Notes under the pieces: generated by a model
What the model was told of the DNA's origin: nothing
The model's input: only the letters and a program-made list of their open reading frames with translations
The model's database searches: none
Part shown: positions 1 through 7,548 of the stretch, piece after piece
Layout: the number at the start of each line of letters is the position of its first letter
Position numbering within the stretch: position 1 is the stretch's first letter
Position numbers and translations under genes: made by a program
NCBI GenBank assembly: GCA_964401865.1
Contig: CAYNZZ010000005.1
Span: 58,848 to 90,847 of the forward strand
Reading direction: 5' to 3'
From: an uncultured Erysipelotrichaceae bacterium
Lineage (GTDB): Bacteria; Bacillota_I; Bacilli_A; Erysipelotrichales; Erysipelotrichaceae
Length of the DNA stretch: 32,000 nucleotides

Positions 1-774
1 ACTATATTGCCATATCTTAAATGGATAAATAAAATCTGGTTCATCGCTATATTGAGCAAACCAAATGTCATAGTTTAGTATTTGGTGTAAATCAAAAAAT
101 TCTGTACTCCAGTAAAGGTTGGTATATATCATACCTTCATATCCGTTTTCTGTGACTTTCTGAATAAAAGACATGGCATTATTGCTTCTTTGCTCGCCGG
201 AAATATCTTTTATACGGCTATCATCGTAATCGATTTCTTCCAAGTCATAGACAATGGGCAAGTCGATTTTTTTGTTGACGATATTTTCTAAAGTGAAGAA
301 AGCCTCTTCCATTGCTTCTTTTTCATCAATAGCTTGAGAGAAAAAATATACGCCAACTTGAAGCCCGGCTTCTTTAGCGTTTTTGTAATTGGTTTCAAAA
401 TATTTATCAATGCTTATTTTTCCATTTACATATCCACGATATCCTAAACGCAAGTACACAAAATCAACGCCACTGTCTTTTACTTTTTTAAAATCGACAT
501 CTTCTTGATGAGATGAAATGTCAATCCCGACAAGGGAGCGGTATTTATCATCTTCGTAGTGATAGTAGGGACTTGAATTATCTAGTTTAGTCCAATCGTA
601 ATCGTGTAATGTTAGTTCGGCTAAATCATTAACTTTATTATAGGAATAATTATAATAAACTGATGGGAAGAATAATAGTTTAATAATGGTAAAAACCGAA
701 ATAACGATTAGCACAAATGCGAAAAAAACAATAATCATTCTATCGGTACGAAGTTTTCTTTTTCTTTTTTTCAT
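1..774 (-). CDS. GH25-family lysozyme/muramidase with N-terminal membrane anchor (the gene's 3' end runs off the window)
   Basis: My own minus-strand translation from the ATG (complement of 772-774) gives MKKRKRKLRTDRMIIVFFAFVLIVISVF (TM anchor), then GIDISSHQEDVDFKKVKDSGVDFVYLRLGYRG, VGVYFFSQA, IWFAQYSD and WQYS, a typical glycoside hydrolase 25 pattern. The frame stays open to position 1, so it is absent from the ORF track. Confidence 0.85.
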   Translation of the reverse strand, partial: MKKRKRKLRTDRMIIVFFAFVLIVISVFTIIKLLFFPSVYYNYSYNKVNDLAELTLHDYDWTKLDNSSPYYHYEDDKYRSLVGIDISSHQEDVDFKKVKDSGVDFVYLRLGYRGYVNGKISIDKYFETNYKNAKEAGLQVGVYFFSQAIDEKEAMEEAFFTLENIVNKKIDLPIVYDLEEIDYDDSRIKDISGEQRSNNAMSFIQKVTENGYEGMIYTNLYWSTEFFDLHQILNYDIWFAQYSDEPDFIYPFKIWQYS

Positions 775-818
775 ACTTTTTATTATAAAAGATTATTGGA
801 ATTTGTTAGAATAAATTC

Positions 819-2189
819 ATGACATTATTAATACATTATTTTAAAGAATTATTTAAAGATAGAGATTTTATGAAAAAGGCATTGATGATCGCTATTCCGT
901 TAATGCTTCAACAACTCATTGTCAATAGCGTAAACCTTGTTGATAACTTGATGGTTGGTCAACTTGGCGATCACTCTTTAAGCGCTGTAAGTAGTGCTAA
1001 TCGTTTCTACTTTATTGCCACTATGGGCACTAATGGTATGATAGCTGCTTCAATTATTTTTTTATCTCAATTTAATGGAGCTAATAATTATGACAAAATG
1101 AAAGAAACATTCCGTTTCTCTTTTATTAGTTCTTTTATTTTATGCTTTGTATTCTTTGTGGCTGCTTTATTGTTTCCGTCTTCTATCATTCATTTCTTTA
1201 TTAATGATGCAACAATTATTTCGATAGGTTCAACATATTTAAAGATAGCTTGTTTTTCATATTTGCCAATGGTTATATCACTTTGTGTATCAAATGCTTT
1301 AAGGGCGATGGGAGAAACGAAATTGCCTTTATGTATATCAATTGTTTCAGTGGTTACTAATGTCATCTTAGATTATTTATTAATTTTTGGATTTAAGTTT
1401 ATTCCGGCTATGGGTGTGGCCGGAGCTGCCATTGCAACTCTTGCTGCTAGAGTATTAGAAGCGATTATTTATTTAATTGTCTTACATAAAAATGATTATC
1501 CATTTAAAACTAAGATAAAAGATATGTTTAAGATTGAGGGACATTTAGCCATGTCTATTTTAAAGAAGGCTCTTCCATTATGCGTTAATGAGATTTTATG
1601 GTCCGGTGGGATGGCGACTTTGCTAAAATTCTATTCAACTAGAGGTGTAGCTGCGAATACGGGATATAGTGTTTCATCGACAGTTGCCGATTTATTTTAT
1701 GTATTATTTACTGGTATGGCAACAGCTTCAACAGTTTTGATAGGTACAGCTTTAGGAGCTAATAAAATCGACGAAGCAAGAGATAGTGGGTATAAACTTA
1801 TCTGTTTCAGTATGATGTTATCATTGGTGTTTGGTTCAATGATGTTTACATCTTCATTTGCGGTACCATATATCTTTAATGTATCGGCAGAAGCTCAAAC
1901 AATTGCCTCTAATTTTTTAAGAGTCATGTCTGTTTTATTCTGGTTATATATGTTTAATACACAATGCTACTTTACTTTAAGAGCAGGAGGCGACACAAAA
2001 AGCACGATGTTTATGGATTCAGTTTATATGTGGACGATTAATTTGCCTTTTGTTGGATTACTTGCATATTATACAAATATCAATATTTACTTATTATATG
2101 TCGCTGGTCAATGTACCGATTTTATTAAAGCGCTATTGTCATTTCATCTTGTGCGAAAAGAAAAATGGGTTCGCAATCTAACCCATTAG
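819..2189 (+). CDS. MATE family efflux transporter
   Basis: 456-aa polytopic membrane protein. The N-terminus FKELFKDRDFMKKALMIAIPLMLQQLIVNSVNLVDNLMVGQLG is typical of MATE/NorM-type exporters, and the protein shows two-fold internal symmetry of hydrophobic segments. Confidence 0.85.
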   Translation: MTLLIHYFKELFKDRDFMKKALMIAIPLMLQQLIVNSVNLVDNLMVGQLGDHSLSAVSSANRFYFIATMGTNGMIAASIIFLSQFNGANNYDKMKETFRFSFISSFILCFVFFVAALLFPSSIIHFFINDATIISIGSTYLKIACFSYLPMVISLCVSNALRAMGETKLPLCISIVSVVTNVILDYLLIFGFKFIPAMGVAGAAIATLAARVLEAIIYLIVLHKNDYPFKTKIKDMFKIEGHLAMSILKKALPLCVNEILWSGGMATLLKFYSTRGVAANTGYSVSSTVADLFYVLFTGMATASTVLIGTALGANKIDEARDSGYKLICFSMMLSLVFGSMMFTSSFAVPYIFNVSAEAQTIASNFLRVMSVLFWLYMFNTQCYFTLRAGGDTKSTMFMDSVYMWTINLPFVGLLAYYTNINIYLLYVAGQCTDFIKALLSFHLVRKEKWVRNLTH

Positions 2190-2603
2190 TTCACATTTTA
2201 CGATACCGTCTAAATTTGAAAGGCGGTATTTTTTATTATCGTGTGTATAAATATCAATGATTATATCGGCACTGTGGTCATATTCTTCCAGTGTTTCTTT
2301 GATAATATCGATAGTATCACTGTCTTTTAATAGACCATATAATTCGCCAATGGTTACAAAACAATTCTGTTTAGTTCTAGTGCCATCAAAATCATAGAAT
2401 CTAGTCTGCTCAACATTTTTAAACAACTTGGCAAATTCTTCTTTAGAAAATAAATATTTAATCGCTTCATAATTTATTTTATCTTCGATCGAAATGATAC
2501 TAAGCTTTATCCATAACACAACATCTAGTGGAAGCATTGCCATATCTTCATCACTTGGTTCAAAACTAATTATTTGATTTAAATTCATATTATCTACAAG
2601 CAT
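2178..2603 (-). CDS. Hypothetical small acidic protein (about 141 aa)
   Basis: ORF track lists 2178..2624. I prefer the internal Met (MLVDNMNLNQ...) because GGTGAGG lies 8 nt upstream of it on the minus strand. I recognise no family. It overlaps the MATE stop by 12 nt. Confidence 0.5.
   Translation of the reverse strand: MLVDNMNLNQIISFEPSDEDMAMLPLDVVLWIKLSIISIEDKINYEAIKYLFSKEEFAKLFKNVEQTRFYDFDGTRTKQNCFVTIGELYGLLKDSDTIDIIKETLEEYDHSADIIIDIYTHDNKKYRLSNLDGIVKCELMG
2203..2236 (+). terminator. Intrinsic terminator downstream of the MATE gene
   Basis: ATACCG (2203-2208) pairs with CGGTAT (2224-2229) and is followed by TTTTTTATT. It lies inside the 3' end of the convergent minus-strand ORF. Confidence 0.55.
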
Positions 2604-2658
2604 ATTAATTACCTCACCATTCATTTATAACATAAGAGCGATAAAAAGTGGATATTGA

Positions 2659-3519
2659 TTATTTTAGTTTGATAATCCTATCTTGCATATACTCAGCATC
2701 TTTGATGACTTCTATTTCTCTATTTTCTATCATTTTATTTATTCTTTGCGCAGACCATAAAATTGGAAGATGATATTCTAAGAACTTAGAATGAAGTTGT
2801 CGTTGATTGATGGGAGTGTGTCCCAAAATATCTTTAATCATAAAATCATAAAAATCTTCTGGAACACTTATGATTTTGTCGTTGATTATTGAACGAAGAG
2901 GGCTATTGTCGCTAAGCAGTTTATGCCATATTTTGGCGTAGTGGTTCAAGATTTTGTTGCTCATTAAATGATTTGAAGAAAAATAGTTAGAATAGTGTTT
3001 AACACTGATTTCATTATAATTTAAGGTATGGTCGATATGTTTTGGGTTACTACTAGATATTTCATAATATGGTATATCGAAAATAAATACAGGGCATGAA
3101 TAGTCTTTTAGCACATCGCAAATAAAAGCTAGACCGCACAAAGAAGCCGGAGTTTTGTGATTCCATATGCAAAAAGGGAGTTCGTTTTTAGCATAATAGA
3201 TGATTTTATCGTAGCAATTAAGCATATTTTCTTTAAGAGAATTAAAACCTATACTTTCAGGTTTGCACTTTGGGTTACGAATTTTAGATAAGAATTCAAT
3301 TCTTTCATCACTAAAAATATTACTTCCTAACTTTCCAATATCTAAATGTAAGTTTAAATGAAGAAATATATCTCTGTTTTTTAAAACTTCAATTGATGAT
3401 TGTTCAGCATAAAAGTTATAAGAATTGAAGTCAACACCACTTTCAAAAATTAGTTGATTATTAAATGATTTTGGTTTTAATGGTTCAGTATATATTTCTT
3501 CAAATAGTATATTAATCAT
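2659..3519 (-). CDS. Hypothetical protein, possibly DUF1835/DUF3658-like
   Basis: 286-aa ORF. ELPFCIWNHKTPASLCGLAFICDVL and the C-terminal WHKLLSDNSPLRSIINDKIISVPEDFYDFMI resemble the DUF1835 plus DUF3658 architecture as I remember it. The family call is unverified. Confidence 0.6.
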   Translation of the reverse strand: MINILFEEIYTEPLKPKSFNNQLIFESGVDFNSYNFYAEQSSIEVLKNRDIFLHLNLHLDIGKLGSNIFSDERIEFLSKIRNPKCKPESIGFNSLKENMLNCYDKIIYYAKNELPFCIWNHKTPASLCGLAFICDVLKDYSCPVFIFDIPYYEISSSNPKHIDHTLNYNEISVKHYSNYFSSNHLMSNKILNHYAKIWHKLLSDNSPLRSIINDKIISVPEDFYDFMIKDILGHTPINQRQLHSKFLEYHLPILWSAQRINKMIENREIEVIKDAEYMQDRIIKLK

Positions 3520-3603
3520 GGTGACATTATAACATTTTTGTGCGTGGCAGGATGAGTAAGAGCAATATATATTTACATATTCAAATTGAAGCTTATCAGT
3601 GTT

Positions 3604-3632
3604 TTGTCATGTTTTTCTAAATGTGATAGTAT
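3604..3632 (+). promoter_or_regulatory. Sigma-A-type promoter candidate for the DUF885-like lipoprotein gene
   Basis: TTGTCA (3604-3609), a 17-nt spacer, then TAGTAT (3627-3632), about 36 nt upstream of the ATG at 3669. Confidence 0.4.
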
Positions 3633-3668
3633 GTAGGAGACTTGATGATATTGTCGGAGGAAAACACA

Positions 3669-5510
3669 ATGAAGAAGATAATAATATTATTATTGATACT
3701 ATCATTATTTGCATGCAGTGCTAAACCTAATGATAATACAAATGTTTCGGGTATTAATGTACCTAAAAATCAGTATCAATATGTTGAAAGATTAAAGAAT
3801 TACGAAGTCAAAGAGCGCCGAAAAGATGATATTGCTGATAATCAAGAATTTGATAATTATTTGACTGAATTATATAAAGATACAATGCAAGATGATTATT
3901 TGAGCATGCATTTTGGCATTGAAGACTATGAATCTTTTGGTATTACAAAACCAGAAGTGACAATTGGTGAATTAAGCTATGATTTTGTAGCTGAGATTGA
4001 AGAAACTGAAGAAGAATTAAAGAAATTACAATCATTTGATTATAATTCTCTTTCTTATCGTCAACAGGTTGATTATTCGGTAATGGAATATTCTTATTTA
4101 GAAACCTTGGCTAGCTTAGCCTATGGAAATTATAGCTTGTTATTTGACAACGGAGTATCTTTACATTCTAATCTAATTACCAACTTTACTGAATATGTAT
4201 TTAGAAGTGATGAAGATGTTGAAGATTATTTAATTTTACTTCAGGATATCGATCGTTATCTTGATGATGCAGTTGAATACACAAATAAGCAGGCTGAATT
4301 AGGAATCGCTTTACAGGATTATAGTTTAGACGAAACATTGGAATATATTGATGGTTTTATCGCTAAGGTCGAAGATAATGAATTGATTGTATCTTTTGAT
4401 AACAAGATTGATTTATTTGATGGTATTGATGAAGTAAAAAAAGAAGAATATAAAGCTCAAAATAAAGAAATAGTTATCGACGAAGTCATTAAAGCTTACA
4501 GTGATTTAAAGGATAGCCTAGAAGATTTAAGAGGTAAATCAAGACTTGATGGCGATGATGCGGGAGCATATGAATACGATAAAGGCTATGGTGAGATGCT
4601 TGTCTATCTTAATGCCAGCAACAATATGGAACTTGATGAATTATATGATGAGATTTATGATATCTTAGTTGATGAATTAATTGATATGTTGACAATCGCC
4701 GAAGAAAATCCAGATGATTATGAAGATGCAATCGATTTTATCTATGAACCTAGTACAAATGAAATTTTAGAAATGGATTTCTATGATGCCTTAGATTACT
4801 TAGCTAATTGCATTAGTCAGGATTATCCGGAAATTGGAAATGTGAATTATGAGATTTCTTTACTTGATCCATCAGTAGCCAATCCGAATATTTTAGCATA
4901 TTATGTTGAAGCACCATATGATAACCCAGATCACAATGTAGTGAGAGTTAATCCGACTTCATTAAATACCGGTACAGCATTTTCTTTTGCAACTTTAGCT
5001 CACGAAGGTTTTCCGGGACATCTTTACCAACACGCTTATTATTCAAAAGTTGGTCACAATCCTGCTCGTGATATTATGTCGTTCATTGCATATGGTGAAG
5101 GACAGGCAATGTTTGCGGAAATTGATGCCTATAACTATTTAAAAATCGGCAATGAAAATGTAACATTCGTTGTGGCATTTAATGATTTCATCTTCCCTTA
5201 TATCATTGAAGCAATTGCTGAAATGGGCGTTAATGGCTATGGCTGGTCAAAAGAAGATTTAAAAGACAACCTATCTACGCTTGTAAATTTAGATGACGAC
5301 GGTTTTGAAGCGATATACGAAGGTGCAGTCAGCGGAGCCGGCTCGTTAATTCCTTATGGTACAGGTTTAGCTCAATTCATTGAATTGGAAAAGGATTTTA
5401 TCGAAGAGACTGGTCTGAATAATAAAAAGGAATTTAGAGAACTGATTCTTAAAAATGGAGAAATGCCATTTGTAATCCTTGAAGATATAATTGATGAATA
5501 TGTAGATTAA
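3669..5510 (+). CDS. DUF885-family lipoprotein (putative metallopeptidase-like)
   Basis: GGAGG at 3656-3660 lies 8 nt before the ATG at 3669. Signal peptide with lipobox MKKIIILLLILSLFAC. The HEGFPGHLYQ motif is characteristic of DUF885. The ORF track start at 3642 (TTG) is probably too long. Confidence 0.75.
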   Translation: MKKIIILLLILSLFACSAKPNDNTNVSGINVPKNQYQYVERLKNYEVKERRKDDIADNQEFDNYLTELYKDTMQDDYLSMHFGIEDYESFGITKPEVTIGELSYDFVAEIEETEEELKKLQSFDYNSLSYRQQVDYSVMEYSYLETLASLAYGNYSLLFDNGVSLHSNLITNFTEYVFRSDEDVEDYLILLQDIDRYLDDAVEYTNKQAELGIALQDYSLDETLEYIDGFIAKVEDNELIVSFDNKIDLFDGIDEVKKEEYKAQNKEIVIDEVIKAYSDLKDSLEDLRGKSRLDGDDAGAYEYDKGYGEMLVYLNASNNMELDELYDEIYDILVDELIDMLTIAEENPDDYEDAIDFIYEPSTNEILEMDFYDALDYLANCISQDYPEIGNVNYEISLLDPSVANPNILAYYVEAPYDNPDHNVVRVNPTSLNTGTAFSFATLAHEGFPGHLYQHAYYSKVGHNPARDIMSFIAYGEGQAMFAEIDAYNYLKIGNENVTFVVAFNDFIFPYIIEAIAEMGVNGYGWSKEDLKDNLSTLVNLDDDGFEAIYEGAVSGAGSLIPYGTGLAQFIELEKDFIEETGLNNKKEFRELILKNGEMPFVILEDIIDEYVD

Positions 5511-5520
5511 AACTAAATAA

Positions 5521-5563
5521 AAAGCTATTAAGAAAGATAATCTCCCTTGATAGCTTTATTTAA
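5521..5563. terminator. Hairpin between the convergent DUF885-like and ung genes
   Basis: AAAGCTAT (5521-5528) pairs with ATAGCTTT (5550-5557), with a 21-nt loop and a T-rich tail. The long loop makes it weak. Confidence 0.35.
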
Positions 5564-5617
5564 TTTGCTTAATTTTTATTTATGAGTTGTAGGTTTATCG
5601 TTATATATTTTGAGTTT

Positions 5618-6286
5618 TTATTTGATATTAAAGTCAATAGGTGTCATGCCACTTTTAATTAAGAAATCATTAGCTCTAGAAAAAGGCTTAGAACCAAAGA
5701 AACCATTATGAGCACTTAGTGGGCTAGGATGAGCCGATTCGATGATTAGATGCTTTTTTTGGTCGATGAACTTCTTTTTGCTGCGAGCATTATTACCCCA
5801 CAGTATAAATACGACGGGGGTATTTTTTTCGTTGAGTTTTTTTATTATTTCATCAGTTAGTATTTCCCAACCCTTATTGGCGTGTGAATTTGCTTGATGT
5901 TCTCTAACGGTTAAAACCGTGTTCAACAAAAGCACGCCTTGTTTGGCAAGGCTGGTTAAATCGCCATGGTTCGGCGTTTTAATACCTAAGTCATTTTCCA
6001 TTTCCTTATAGATATTTTTTAAAGAAGGTGGAAGTTTCACCCCTTTTTTAACGGCAAAAGCTAAACCGAAAGCCTGATCGGGCTCGTGATATGGATCTTG
6101 CCCTAATATTACAACTTTGACATCTTGATATGGAGTAAATCTTAACACGTTGTATAAATCTTTAGCTTTGGGATAAATAGTATAGTTTTGATATTCTTTA
6201 TCCAAAAATGTTCTTAATTTTTGGTAATATTCTTTATCAAATTCTTTTTCTAGGATGTCATCCCAATCATTGCCAATAATTTTCAT
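5618..6286 (-). CDS. ung: Uracil-DNA glycosylase
   Basis: Family-1 UDG motifs: VVILGQDPYH (water-activating loop), GVLLLN and HPSPLSA. I place the start at MKIIGNDWDDILEKEF. The 29 upstream codons of the tracked ORF are hydrophobic and non-homologous-looking, and they overlap folC. Confidence 0.93.
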   Translation of the reverse strand: MKIIGNDWDDILEKEFDKEYYQKLRTFLDKEYQNYTIYPKAKDLYNVLRFTPYQDVKVVILGQDPYHEPDQAFGLAFAVKKGVKLPPSLKNIYKEMENDLGIKTPNHGDLTSLAKQGVLLLNTVLTVREHQANSHANKGWEILTDEIIKKLNEKNTPVVFILWGNNARSKKKFIDQKKHLIIESAHPSPLSAHNGFFGSKPFSRANDFLIKSGMTPIDFNIK

Positions 6287-6323
6287 ATCTAAATTATAGC
6301 GCAAGTCATTATTAAAGTTTATA

Positions 6324-7544
6324 ATGAAAAATATGTTTACTAATATTAATGATGCAATAGAATGGGTTACCAAAAGAAGAAATGAAACTAAGGATTTTGA
6401 AAGTTTTAAAAAAATAATCGCGAAGCTAAATAATCCGCAAAATGACTTTAAAACTATTCATGTAGGTGGTACTAATGGTAAGGGTTCAACTGTAACTTTT
6501 TTAAGAGATATTTTGATTGAACACGGATATAATGTTGGAACATTACAATCGCCACATTACATATCTCATTTGGATAGGATTAGATATAATGGCAACAATA
6601 TTGAAGACGAAGCTTTTCTTAGACTTTTAAATGAATATTATGATTTTTTTGTCGATAATCAACTCAATATGTTTGAGATTGATTTCATAATCATGTGCAT
6701 GTATTTCAAAGAAAAAAATGTTGATTATGCGATTGTTGAAGTGGGAATTGGCGGGCGCTTAGATTCAACTAATGTTATAGGCAAGCCGCTTTTAAGCATT
6801 ATTGTTACAGTTGGCTACGATCATATGGATAGACTGGGTGATAGTCTTGAAAAAATATGCATGGAAAAATGCGGAATCATAAAAAATAATTCCAATGTGC
6901 TAGTCGGACATTTAAACGATGATTTGAAAAAGATTGTGTGTAATGAAGCAATTGGCAAAAATGCTAATTATTTTGAGTTAGAAGATTATGCAGTGGTTAG
7001 TGAATCGACATTTGAATATTTAAATGAAGACTATAAAATATCTTCTTTAGCTTACTATCAATTACATAATGCCGCACTAGCTTTGAAAGCTTTTAATATC
7101 TTGTGTGATGTTGAAAATATTAAGTGTGATAAAACTAAAGTCAAAAAAGCATTACTGGAGTCAAAGTGGGATGGTCGTTTTGATATTATATCCGAAAATC
7201 CAAGAGTGATTCTTGATGGCGCTCATAATATCGATGGTATTAAGGCACTTAAAGAAAGCGTGAGCCACCTTAGTGGAAGTAAAGCTATTTTATTTGCGGC
7301 TTTAAAGACCAAAGAATATCAAAAGATGATTGAAGAATTGAAAATAGTAGCTGATAAATTGGTTTTGACAACTTTTAGTTATCCTTTAGCTTGTAAAGAA
7401 GAAGATTATCAAAGCTCAGATTATAATGGTGATTATGTATTAGCATATCAAGAATTAATTAAAAATTATGACAATATCATTATTGCAGGGTCATTATATT
7501 TTATTTCTGATTTTGTACAAGTTGTACTAAAAAGTGTAAAATAA
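6324..7544 (+). CDS. folC: Folylpolyglutamate synthase / dihydrofolate synthase
   Basis: Mur-ligase P-loop HVGGTNGKGST, then VEVGIGGRLDSTNV, DGAHN and a C-terminal GSLYFISD. An alternative start at 6333 (MFTNINDAIEWV) is equally plausible. Confidence 0.9.
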   Translation: MKNMFTNINDAIEWVTKRRNETKDFESFKKIIAKLNNPQNDFKTIHVGGTNGKGSTVTFLRDILIEHGYNVGTLQSPHYISHLDRIRYNGNNIEDEAFLRLLNEYYDFFVDNQLNMFEIDFIIMCMYFKEKNVDYAIVEVGIGGRLDSTNVIGKPLLSIIVTVGYDHMDRLGDSLEKICMEKCGIIKNNSNVLVGHLNDDLKKIVCNEAIGKNANYFELEDYAVVSESTFEYLNEDYKISSLAYYQLHNAALALKAFNILCDVENIKCDKTKVKKALLESKWDGRFDIISENPRVILDGAHNIDGIKALKESVSHLSGSKAILFAALKTKEYQKMIEELKIVADKLVLTTFSYPLACKEEDYQSSDYNGDYVLAYQELIKNYDNIIIAGSLYFISDFVQVVLKSVK

Positions 7545-7548
7545 TGCT

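Noticed and set aside
5618-6373. Long form of the ung ORF starting at 6373
   Set aside because: The extra 29 residues (MVTHSIASLILVNIFFIINFNNDLRYNLD) overlap folC and do not look like any UDG N-terminus. The Met at 6286 gives the canonical N-terminus.
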